Program-made: the position numbers and the translations under genes
The notes under the pieces: generated by a model
Told to the model about the DNA's origin: nothing
Database searches by the model: none
What the model saw: the letters and a program-made list of their open reading frames with translations, nothing else
Shown: piece by piece, positions 11,468-22,206 of the stretch
How positions within the stretch are numbered: the stretch's first letter is position 1
How the letters are laid out: every line of letters starts with the position of its first letter
Source of the DNA: Jimgerdemannia flammicorona
Lineage: Eukaryota
NCBI GenBank assembly: GCA_003990765.1
Contig: RBNJ01000177.1
Span: 1-37,791 of the forward strand
Reading direction: 5' to 3'
DNA length: 37,791 bases

Positions 11468-13707
11468 TGCAAGGCAAGTGTTTTTTTTTGTTTTTCCACG
11501 AGACAAGCTAGGGTCGGCGAACGGTCCGAGAAGTGTAGAGTCGCAGGAGGAGGAGCGCGATTTCGCTGGTCTGGTGGGTGCAATATATTTGCCGAATGCG
11601 GGCGACCAGGACAGGCAACGGCCAATCATAAAGGCAGCAGTCACCCTTATTCTCTCTGACTCACGCAACGACACCACTATCGACGAGCATGTGGCTATCG
11701 TCCCCCATATCGTTGCATGCATGGCCTCAATGGATCGCACCATGTCAACATAAACATTACAAACCACTTTGATCGAGCTTGTTTGAGACAAACCGCAGTG
11801 ATGCTTCCCATCAGAGTGACTTATGGGGTAATTTCGGATCTTCGTTATGAAAGCAAGCAAACACGAACCCCGTTTGCAGCTCTGGCAGGGGAAGCCTCCC
11901 AAATGGCGTCATGACGTATCGAATCAGTCCATGAACTTGTTTGTCCAGATGTCCTCTGAACCACATCTTGGGAGACCCCCCCAAGCTCAGTTAGGATGAT
12001 CCCCCCCCCCCATCATGCCATACTTTATAGTCATGCCGCCATCTCCGGCCGCGCTCTCCGCGTATGCTCTCGGATTCACTAGCAACAGTGTCGTTTGTCC
12101 CACACGCCACCGGGAAGTCTCCCAAACCATCCAGACTTTCGTTCCATTAATTTCACCTTCGTCCGATGACTCACTTGGCGCGGAATCATTTCCAACCTCT
12201 TGCGCATGTGCTAAGTCCTTTTGGGCCGCGAACCTGCCCTGCCGGCACATCTCGGACGAGCGTGCGATTGCGCCACATCCCGTCACACCACGCGATAGCC
12301 TCGCTGACGTGCCCTTGACAAGGGGATGCGCCGCCTAAATAAAGCATCCTGGTCTCTGTCACATGGCGATGAGGGCAACGAACTTTCCTTCCCTTCCGAG
12401 CGGTGGGATCCGGGATCTCGTTCCAACCATACAGCAATTTCTACTGTAAAGTACAGTGACACCCAATCTATCAGCGTTATCCTCCTGTAGCAAGGGTTCG
12501 ATAGATAACCCCAACCCGTGATTCTCAAAGCCCTCGTGCGTCGATAAGGTGATCTACCAACAAAAACATGACTGACAACCGACTGACAGCTCGCGGTGCC
12601 TGACCTCCAGCTCAAGAGTAACGTTACCGAAGATCCACGCGCCCACCCTGGGCGATCGACCGACGGGCACGTAAGACCGGGTCGGCTCACGCGGCCTAGA
12701 GGAGAGTGGGTACCGCACCGTGACGGAAAAATCTCATGGTTCCCTCGGACCAGGGTTTCAGGGATAGAAAATTGCCGGGGTGTGGGGCGCGAGCCGAAAG
12801 TTGCTTGATGTTTTCAGCTCGGGATTGATTCGAGGGAGGTGAGGATATGCAGTGCATATACCGCAACGCCCACCCCCCGCTTGGAATGATCTGACATGGC
12901 GCAACATTAGTGCGCAACGTGGTTGTTGGAAAGAGTAATCAACAAAACTTTTATGGGTGCAAACGCAAGTTGTGTGTGGCTATTACGTTACATGGGAAAG
13001 TGGGATGGGAAAGGTGTCGCCGCGGCGGGTTTGGCATGGGAACGATGGATTTGTGACGTTTGGAAGATGACCATTGCTTATTGCTTACAGGTCAGCTGCC
13101 GATGATCAATGAACTTGCACCTTTTAGGGTGATCGGTTTGCGCCAATGTAGGGTGTTGATGGCGATGCATTGTCCATTTATTCGGTCGTTCCGATGAAGA
13201 AACACAAAAAAACTCTCAGGAGTGTGGGCTAGAGTATATAAAGTTTAGCAAAACCCTGTTTGTAACGAAAGCGGAACGGAGGTTATACCTTAGTCAGTGG
13301 TTGGAGATACCTGATTGAGGCCATTCTGCTTCACATGCGGTAATACTAAGGGCTCTCTAGTGTCCTTCAATATTCCCACCCTTTCCCCTGCACCTTTTTT
13401 TCAGATTGTACTTCATTCCTTGGATTTATATACAAGAATAGAGTATATCCGCTGATTTTTTCCTCAATTCCATACCAACCGATACATCAAAGAGATCCGG
13501 TAATCTCAACACGTGGCCAGTGTTGGGACAGGCCCGCGCTTGAAGCCCTAGCACAATCAGAACCACCTTTTCCACATGCTATCCTTGGAACAGAGCCATA
13601 GAATGCAGTGTGTATTTTGCAGACATGAAATCAAAACAACCGATGTCGCCAAAATAGCTCGCGATCAATTCAGCCAATATACTAAAATCTCGTCTATCAA
13701 CACTAAG

Positions 13708-16056
13708 TCAGATCACCATTATCTCGCTCACCTCCGACGCTGAGAGTTTCTCCGGCACCAACACAGGAACCACGGTCGACTTCGGATGGCCGAGGTTTGA
13801 CTTCCGGAATCCGTAGACCGCGTAGAAGATCAGCCCGATCGCCTGTTAAAAACAGATCGAAGAATTTTAGATAACCTCAACGTACTCCAGCACAAACCAT
13901 ATTACAATCAGACAACACACACAAACCCACCATCCAAGCGAACAACCTCCAGATAGTCGTCCGGTCCGCCACAGCAATTAGCAGCACTGATACTGCGGCC
14001 CCCACCACCGGGAAAACCATCCACACAAACCCAGGCCCGGGAATCCTGAACTTGCGTGGAACGTCCGGCCGGGAAAATCTGAGGACGACGATACCGACAT
14101 GGACGAAGAGGAAGGCGAGCAGTGTGCCGACGGAAGTCATATTGCCCAGCAAGTCGACAGGGAGTAGGGCGCCCAGGGCGGCCGTTACGGCACCGCTGAC
14201 TAATGTTGGCACGTAAGGCGTCCGAAAGCGCCGGTGCACGCGCGCGAAGATCGGAGGCAGGAGGCCGTCATGCGCCATCGTGTGGAAGATGCGCGGTTGG
14301 GCTAGGAGCATGATTAACATGACGGAAGTAAGGCCGCCGAGGGCGCCGAGAGTGACGACTGTGGACGGGATAATGGAGTCAAAAATGATGTACAGGCAAA
14401 GAATGTATATACGTGCAAGTCTTAAAAAGCATCATGACATACTAATTTCAAGCCACTTCATCCCAGTCTGCACACACGCCAACGCGACCGGCGCCTCCAC
14501 GTTCAGCTGCGCATATGGCACGATCCCTGTCAGCACGAATGCCGTACAAATATATAGCACGGTGCACACGCCGAGCGACACCATGATACCGACTGGCAAA
14601 TCCCTCTCAGGCCGCTTCGATTCCTGCGCCGCGGTCGACACGGCGTCAAACCCGATATAGGCGAAGAAGACAGACTGCGCGGCGGCGAAGATCCCGCCGG
14701 CACCAAAGTGGCGCCAGTCGCCGTCGGTCGTCGCGGGCGGGACAAAAGGACGCCAGTTCTTTGGGTCGACGTACTTGATCCCCGCGAAGATAAAAAGCAG
14801 GACAGTTAGGAGCTTGATAATTACAATCACGTTATTGAGCCATTTAGACTCGCGGATGCCCAGGACAAGGATGATGGTCAGGACAAGAACAATTAGAAGG
14901 CCTGGAAGGTTAATGATGCCGTCCGGGTTGTAGATGATGGAGAGAGTCGGCTCGTCCCAGTGGAGGGGGGGCGAGGTGAAGCGCTTGCCGAGGTCGATGG
15001 AGAAAGCGACTTGGAAGAAGGAGACGAAGTAACTATTATATGTAAAGGTGAGGAAACAAAGGCTCGAATGATTTATAGTCTAGATGGGATAGAAAACTAG
15101 TTACATATTTGCGCTTACCCTGACCAACCGACAGCGACCGTTGCAGCACCAACCAAATATTCAAGAATCAAATCCCTGCAGAAAAGTTACGAGAACCTTG
15201 GTGTTATAACAAAAACAGGATTCTTACGTCATGATATATCCTTCTCTACCATGTCAAATGCAAAACACCCACCATCCAATGATCCAGGCGACAAGCTCCC
15301 CCATGGTCGCGTATGAATACGTGTAAGCACTCCCTGGACATGATAAGTTCATGGATTGGCCTCGTCAGGCAATGCTTTTTCAGCAAGGTCGCAAAACTTA
15401 GGAATAGTTGATCATATCAACCAGCAACCGGAATCATTGACGCCATCTCGGAATATGACAGGGCTGCCAACCCGGCAGCTACGCCGGAGATGATGAACGA
15501 TATTACTATTGCCGGACCAGCGTTCTATGTAGAAACAAAATTGAATTTCAAGACCAATTTTTATATAGAAATTTGTCTCGTTACAGAGGAATGAGTGAAA
15601 TACGTACGACAGCAGCAGCATGTCCTGGATGACGTTGTATTGAGTAGAGGAGACGTCGCTGAGGCACTATACAAGTAATACATGATCCGATAGACGTTGA
15701 TGTTTCTACCTGTCAACACAAAGATGCCGGTTCCGATGATGGCGCCGATTCCCACAAACGTCAGATCCTACAGGACATTCATCAAGAGAAGTTTCGATAA
15801 TCTCTCCTTCCACTCCCTATCAAAGAAAGACGATCAGAGTAGCGGCACAACCACCACAACTGATCCAGCGAGCCCTAAAACCCACCCAGGTGTTAAGATC
15901 TCTCCTCAGCTCCGACTCGCGCCCCTCGTCTTCCAGCGACTCGTACGACTTGATGGCGATCAGCCTTCGTCCGAACCGTAGCACTGGACCCAACCCACTC
16001 TGGATGGGTGGGTCAGCGGGTGTGCCAGATGGATGTGAGACGTCCTCATTGGTCAT
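13708..16056 (-). CDS. APC-superfamily amino-acid permease (cationic amino-acid transporter / YfnA-like), multi-exon
   Basis: Spliced motifs: [104 protein letters not shown], W(M)AIGLIFYAVYG. GT-AG introns; stop at 13708-13710. Confidence 0.95.
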
Positions 16057-16167
16057 TTCTCAGAGTTGTGTATAGGTGAAGTGGGTTGGAATGGAGAAGC
16101 GAAAAGCTCGGCCAGTGCTCATGGCGAGATAATGACATGGCCGTGATCCTGGCGTGATGTGAATTTT

Positions 16168-16280
16168 CATGCGTGGGTGAAATCGCTGATGCGTGGATGA
16201 AACCACTGATGCGTGGATGAAACCACTGATGCGTGGATGAAACCACTGATGCGTGGATGAAACCACTGATGCGTGGATGA
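16168..16280. repeat. 20-bp tandem minisatellite (GATGCGTGGATGAAACCACT), four perfect units plus degenerate/partial flanks
   Basis: Directly visible, ~110 bp upstream of the permease ATG. Confidence 0.95.
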
Positions 16281-16369
16281 CGATCATCACACATCACTGC
16301 CAACGGACTCATGCTTACTTTGGACACTAATCCAGTGGTTCCCGCCACACCGAGGCCAACTGACACCAG

Positions 16370-16459
16370 GGTGACGATTACCTGCTGAGAAATCATTATC
16401 CACTGGGCGATGATTATCCACCGAGTGACGATTACCCGCTGGACAACGATTGCCGAATA
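16370..16459. repeat. Degenerate 18-bp tandem repeat, ~5 units
   Basis: ggtgacgattacctgctg / agaaatcattatccactg / ggcgatgattatccaccg / agtgacgattacccgctg / gacaacgattgccg. Confidence 0.7.
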
Positions 16460-16474
16460 AATATAATTGTTTTA

Positions 16475-16890
16475 CTTTGTGAATCATCTATTTCCATTTC
16501 GCTTGAATTTCTAGTTTTTTATACCAGACTCGTTTACAAGCAAACGTGTCATCTTCCAAAAATAATGAACACCACCATCGCCACCACGACTACCACAACC
16601 ACACTATTCATTATAATGGTAGCACTGTTGTCATTCAGCCAACTCTCTCTGCACCGCCTCTTGTTTGGTATCTTGCTCAGCCTCTGCAGCAATCACAAGA
16701 GTTGGCTGAATGAGATTGTGCCGTCAATATGGTGAACAGCGCCAACGGTGCTACCATTATGTTAAATAGTAGTGTGTTCCTCCTCCTTATACTCCGTTTT
16801 GGGAGATGACATATTCACACTTGTAAATGAGTCTGGTGGTGTAAAAAGGTGGAAATTCAAGCAAAGTAGAATTAGCAGAAATTCATAAAG
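16475..16890 (+). ncRNA. Long imperfect inverted repeat; candidate hairpin RNA / milRNA-type precursor
   Basis: Arms pair in nested blocks: CTTTGTGAAT/ATTCATAAAG, GCTTGAATTTC/GAAATTCAAGC, ACCAGACTCGTTTACAAG/CTTGTAAATGAGTCTGGT, TGTCATCTTCCAAAA/TTTTGGGAGATGACA, ATAATGGTAGCACTGTTG/CAACGGTGCTACCATTAT, plus a perfect 16-bp inner stem 16631-16646/16698-16713. The inverted repeat is certain; RNA function is inferred. Confidence 0.55.
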
Positions 16891-16991
16891 AACAATGCCG
16901 CGTCCCGCGATACAGCGAGCAGTTCTTCTAGTGCATACGTGTGTACGTCACCCTGTTTGCAGAAGGTCCGGCGGTCGAGTTTAATGAGGCC

Positions 16992-17129
16992 GGATTCAGA
17001 GGATAGGGCGTACGGGCTTGAAGAAACGTTCATATGGCTGGAAGGATGGCAGGGAGATTCAGAGAATAGGATTCAGAGGATAGGACGTACGGGCTTGAAA
17101 CGTTCATATGGCTGGAAGGATGGCAGGGA
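16992..17129. repeat. Direct duplication of ~62 bp (16992-17055 and 17069-17129)
   Basis: GGATTCAGAGGATAGGRCGTACGGGCTTGAA(GAA)ACGTTCATATGGCTGGAAGGATGGCAGGGA occurs twice. Confidence 0.92.
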
Positions 17130-17377
17130 TGATGCCGAGGCTCGAGTCGGAATACGAACCATGTTTCTGAGGTGGCGGAGTTGAGGTTAAAGAGACAAGG
17201 GGCGGTTAGGCTGCTATCCACAAAAAATATCCTAAGCCATAGCAGCAATCACGTGAATGACGTCATGGTTCTCTCGGAAAAACCTCATTCCGAACCTCCG
17301 AACCTTTACCTCTGGCCTCTACATTGCTCAACTCACATCCGTTACTACTCAACAGCCCACCTCCGCTACAACACACT

Positions 17378-18335
17378 ATGTCGCTACCGCAGAAGCCGCT
17401 GTCTGATGATACCATCCTCGAGTTGGTGTTTAATCCAGGTAGGGTCTCGACACACGCAATGCCGAGAGGTTCGGAGCGTCGTGTCCCTTGTCGGAATGGA
17501 GCTAGGCGTACTGACGATGTCGCACCTTTTTTCAACCATTTAACAGAGGTCCAGGGTCTTCCCGTCGAGGCCATTGAACCGCTCGTCTCTGAGGGTAAGA
17601 GTCCTGGATTTCCTGAGTTACTTCCATGCATCACCTTGAACGTGTCCTGATCCATGAACTCGCCGTCCCCTCGACAGCCCCGCTAGCGATCGAACCCGCG
17701 CTCCTCGAGCAGCTCAAGGAGATGGAGAAACGCGGCGTCCAGCTCGCAGAGCAGGGAAAGCTGCCCGAGTCGATCGAGGCATTCTCGGAGGCCATCGCTG
17801 CGTGCGAGCACTATGCGTCCGCATACAATAACAGGTACGTGCGCATCTTTTGGGTATTCTGGGACGTGAGCGTGGATGGCGTCTGTGTGTGTAAACCGGC
17901 CCCACGAATTCAATTTTTTTTTGGTATTCCTTTTCAGGGCGCAGGCTTACCGTCTTCTCGGCGAAGTTGACAATGCCATGGACGACGTCACCAAGGCCAT
18001 CACCTACGGCCAGGGCGATGCTAAGATTCTCCGACAGGTAATCGCGGGATCACTCCTCTGTTCCCTTCTTCCCTTCAACCTCTGCTATTATAGATGTAAA
18101 CTCACCGCTCCAATGATCTCATGTCGCCTAAATGAAAAAGGCCTACACGCAGCGCGCCATCCTCCGCCGCAACGCCGGCGACATCGAGGGCTCGCTGGCG
18201 GACTTCGAGCGCGGCGCCCGCCACGGCAACGTTGTGGCCAAAGCGGTGGCCGTGAACGAGAACCCATACGCCAAAATGTGTAACAACATCCTGCTGGAGG
18301 TGATGGGGAGGGAAGTCAATAAGGGGAATGAGTAG
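17378..18335 (+). CDS. TTC36: Tetratricopeptide repeat protein 36 homolog, ~5 exons
   Basis: MSLPQKPLSDDTILELVFNP | ... | GVQLAEQGKLPESIEAFSEAI...ASAYNNR | AQAYRLLG...AMDDVTKAI | AYTQRAILRR...ADFERGARHG...NPYAKMCN. SAYNNRAQA and NPYAxxCN are TTC36 hallmarks. Confidence 0.88.
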
Positions 18336-19574
18336 AAGGAGAGAGGCGGACAAGTTCCTGATATGGCCCATGGGGATCGAGCTGGTTTTACCCAACTTGT
18401 GACTTTTTGTTTATTACGTATTTGCTGTGGTTTTGGAGCGGATGACCCGGCTCCCATTAGATTCTGCGCGTCATTAGCATTTGTACGACTAATTTCTTTG
18501 TCTGGCCTTGGCATCGTGATTGTTTAAATCTGGCATTGTATATATATATCGACTGCAGAAACGGAGATTCTTGTAATTTGGAATCGGATGAGAACTTATG
18601 GTGGGTGCGACGGCAGGTGTCTGTAGTGAGATCAAATCATCCTGTAACTGGGTAAACATGCGCAGGATCTCTAAACTGCCCCTCGATCTGAGCATGTACC
18701 ATGTGTCACATGGATTGACGGCATACACATAAGGGATGCACCGCGCACGTTTTTATATTATTTTGATGTTTCTCTTATTTCCAATGTATCATGATATCAA
18801 ACTTAAAAAGATTGGAGAACGCTTGCGATTGATGAGAGGGACACCAACCCGATATGGCGTCTGCGAAAATTAGAGTGGAAAGCGTGCGAATCGCGACACA
18901 ATGATCGCCCGAATTTACCTACGCGCACAATGGCAACCGCGTACGATACGCGCGCGAATAGCAATGTCTAAAATACATTTCTATACTATATTATATGCAC
19001 AGCCGTTCACACTTTGCCCCAAGATGGCCCTGCAACACATTTCATGAAAGAGTCAGGGAATGAGTCCACAGCGGGTCGCACACAGCCCCCGCAGCACAAG
19101 GACCAAAAAACGGGCCACGGTTTCTTGTGGACAACTCCGATTTTTTTTTTTTTTTTGAGTGTGAGTGGCGGGGTCCCAAAGCTCCCAAATTTTTTTGAAA
19201 TGGGCGAGACGGACGGGGCTCGCAGCCAATGGCGAGACGGGACCAGGATCGGGCGGCGCATGGATCAATGAGGGTCGCCGGATTTGGCTTGGGTTGCCCT
19301 TGCCTTTGGCAAGAAATGCGGGGCGAGCGTGACCTGCAGTGACACATGGGACCTGTGCCCGCCGCCCTTTCCTTGCAGTCACCTTTAAAAAAGTTTTGGC
19401 AGCATTAAACTTTTTGGCCTCGAAATTATAACTATTAGCACAACACCTACCTTACTTGCCAGAAGAGAGAAATCAAATCGTCAACGAAATCAACAATCGC
19501 CCTTTCTCTCTTTCTCTTCGCCATACCCCCCTCCCCACTCAAGCACTCCAACTCCCCCAAAAGACAGATCAACA

Positions 19575-21008
19575 ATGGAAACAGGAACCTATTATCACAC
19601 CTACCGTTATGGCCCTTCCGCCCCCTCAACCTCCGATCCCTACGCCCCTTACCCATTCCACGAGGGCAGGTCCCTTCCCAGCGCACCCCTTCCCCAGCTC
19701 CACCACCACACCCAACCGCCGCCGCCGCAGCAGCAGCAGCAGCAGCTTCCGCCCTTCGGATCGGCGCCCCAATCTTCTCACTTTGCCCACTCTCCTCACG
19801 GTTTTTACCCACCTCACGAGCAAGCCCACTACGACCACCACCAGCAAAGGTCCTCTGCGAACTCCATCCCTCCTCTGCTGCCCCCGCTCGTGACTCACAG
19901 CTCCGCCTTCTCAACCCCGGCCTCCAACGCATCACACTCCCAGGGCCCCGCGCCTTACGCCTTGTCGGCTTCATCGTCGCATCTCTACGCCCGCCAAGAA
20001 CCCTCTGCCCCGCTCGCCATTCCGAGGCCGCAATATCTAGGCAAACCCGCCCATCAGCCCGCGCCCTCCTCCCCCGACCCCCCCACTCTCTACGGTGCTA
20101 GCTTCTCTAACGTCTACACTCCACCCTCCTCCTCCTACACGCCCTCCTCCCCTGCCTTGAATTACCACTTCTCCAACACTCCCCCGACCGCCGACTACCC
20201 CACCGCCGCCGCGCAGCCCTTCTACTCCCTCCCCGCTCACCACCAGCCGATCTCCGAAGAATCCGCCGCCGCAAGTCTCGCTCTCCTTTCGAACCCGGAC
20301 AACTCACGCAGGGACTCCCTCCCCATCGCGGCCCTCGACGCCATGTCGCTCAATACTCCACACCCAGACCACGCATCAGCCCTCCGCAGAGACCACCTCG
20401 AGAAACCAACCTTCCGCCGCGCAAGCATCGCCATATCGCCCTCCTCCGCCTTTCAGGCCGCAGCTTCCTCACCAATTCCAATCAAGGGCCGCCATCCCAC
20501 CGCTGCCGTCGCACCGTCCTCCGTCTCCCCTTCCTCGTCTCCCTCAGGCCGCCCGCGCCGTCACTCGGAACACCACCGCCGTTCCCGTATCGCGTCCTTC
20601 TCCGAGTCACCCAAAGCTTCTCTCCTCGCCCGCGAGCACGCACACCACCACCATCACCACCACCACCATGGCCACCACCAAACCTCCACGTCCCCCCCAC
20701 CGAGCTCGTCATCCTCGCTTCGAGTCGTGGACCGCGATCAGCAATTCCGGTGTGATGACTGCGGGAAGGCGTACAAGCACCCCAATTGTCTCGCGAAGCA
20801 TCGGTGGGAGCACTCGCCTATGTGGGGGATGGCTAGCAAGTTCTTGCTGTCAAAACATCAGCAAGTCCAACTCATGGAGGCAGCCGCTATTCTTGTTGGA
20901 ATGGATCGCGCTGCGAGGGAGGGAGAAGGCGTTGGCAGGTTGGATGAGACTATGAGTATGGGCGTGGGTGTCGGTGTAGCGACGACGGTGACGAATGGGG
21001 CGGCGTAG
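19575..21008 (+). CDS. Intronless fungal C2H2 zinc-finger protein (putative transcription factor), 477 aa
   Basis: C-terminal CDDCGKAYKHPNCLAKHRWEH followed by the conserved fungal extension LSKHQQVQLMEAAAILVGM; Pro/Ser/Gln/His-rich N-terminal region. Confidence 0.9.
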   Translation: METGTYYHTYRYGPSAPSTSDPYAPYPFHEGRSLPSAPLPQLHHHTQPPPPQQQQQQLPPFGSAPQSSHFAHSPHGFYPPHEQAHYDHHQQRSSANSIPPLLPPLVTHSSAFSTPASNASHSQGPAPYALSASSSHLYARQEPSAPLAIPRPQYLGKPAHQPAPSSPDPPTLYGASFSNVYTPPSSSYTPSSPALNYHFSNTPPTADYPTAAAQPFYSLPAHHQPISEESAAASLALLSNPDNSRRDSLPIAALDAMSLNTPHPDHASALRRDHLEKPTFRRASIAISPSSAFQAAASSPIPIKGRHPTAAVAPSSVSPSSSPSGRPRRHSEHHRRSRIASFSESPKASLLAREHAHHHHHHHHHGHHQTSTSPPPSSSSSLRVVDRDQQFRCDDCGKAYKHPNCLAKHRWEHSPMWGMASKFLLSKHQQVQLMEAAAILVGMDRAAREGEGVGRLDETMSMGVGVGVATTVTNGAA

Positions 21009-21381
21009 ATGTGTTGGAGGATTTGTAGTGGTATAGACATAGATTGTTTGCTTTTATCGTATCAAATCAAGTGATTGGGATACTTCTTCTGGTAATCATC
21101 TTTCACTTCCGTTTTCGTCGATCACATTTGTACAGAATTCATTATACTCCTTCGTCCCTTTTCATTTTGCTTGTTCTCCACGAATTTGTAACAACAGGTT
21201 CGATTTAGGTTTCGGGTTTTATGAGGGAGTGTTTCGGGGCCGCCGGTTCGGGGCCGAAAGTGAACTGTACAAAAACAAAAAATAAAATCATAAAGAACGA
21301 TCCACACAATGCGGTTTCGCGATGCGTGTTAATCGAGACGGGCCCGAGATGTCTAGTTATCGTCACATGAGGCAATTGTTA

Positions 21382-22088
21382 TCACGATGCCCGCGACAAC
21401 GACAGCTTTAGATCAACACCCAGCGTTAGCGCCGCGCTGCGGTATGTCGCAAAGTGGCGCTTCACCGCGGGGATCTCGTCCTCAAGCGCCGCGTAGGTCG
21501 TAAGCAGGACGGGGACGTCAGGGCTACGGCGGGCGAAAATACGCTGGCGTTAGCGCTGTGAAGCAACATTGAAGCGACATGCGTCACCAATCCGACTCAC
21601 TTCGCGTAATCGACATATCCGACCTCCACCATTCTGCGTACCTCCTCCTCTGTCCCCGGCAACGACCCCGGGTAATCCAGACACCGCCCCACCGCTGCTT
21701 CCTCCACCCAGCGTACCGTCTCGTCCAGAAACACCCCCAACGCCTCCCCCAACCTCTCGTGTCGCTCATTCATGCACAGCACCGCGCCCTCGTACCGCAT
21801 CTCGGGGCTGTTCAAGTCGTGCGCAACGGTCGCGCATCGGATACCCTCGACCCCCTCGATTGCCGGCCGTAGCACTTCATCGCGGAATCGGGCCGTTAGT
21901 GCGGTAGATGGGAACGAGATGAGCATGCAGGGCTTTAGGCCTAGGAGGAGGAAGGCAAATTCGCCGTGCAGGAGGAGGTCGTGTGGCGTGAGGGCGTGCG
22001 AGGCGAGTAGGGATAGGTCTGACAATGTGAGACTGGTGTGGAAAACTTGCTCGAGATTCTTGAAACGCATATGGATGGTGGCGGTCAT
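21382..22088 (-). CDS. Uncharacterised protein, 2 exons (~210 aa)
   Basis: MTATIHMRF...GEFAFLLLGLKPCMLISFP...GRCLDYPGSLP...EVGYVDYA. A GTGAGT donor at ~21600 and a TAG acceptor at ~21524 give in-frame NPDVPVLLTTYAA...VKRHFATYRSAA...LKLSLSRAS*. GC-rich coding bias. Confidence 0.8.
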
Positions 22089-22206
22089 GGTGGGGGATCG
22101 CCGTGGCCACGTGACCCATGACTTTGAGTTCAAAATCACTTTTTGACCCTCTTCGTGCGCATAAACGTTTCCCCCCCCACAATTCAACACACTGCAGCAC
22201 ATAACC
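22089..22206. promoter_or_regulatory. Putative compact bidirectional promoter with an E-box (CACGTG at 22108)
   Basis: Only 118 bp separate the two divergent ATGs. Confidence 0.55.

Noticed and set aside
11500..13100. Multiple ORFs upstream of the Ecl1-like gene
   Set aside because: No motifs or splice-consistent model; probably promoter or 5' UTR.
16168..16280. CRISPR-like array
   Set aside because: Units are head-to-tail with no spacers, the context is eukaryotic, and there are no cas genes.
19447..20955. Several antisense and alternate-frame ORFs over the C2H2 gene
   Set aside because: Shadow ORFs of GC-rich coding sequence with no motifs.
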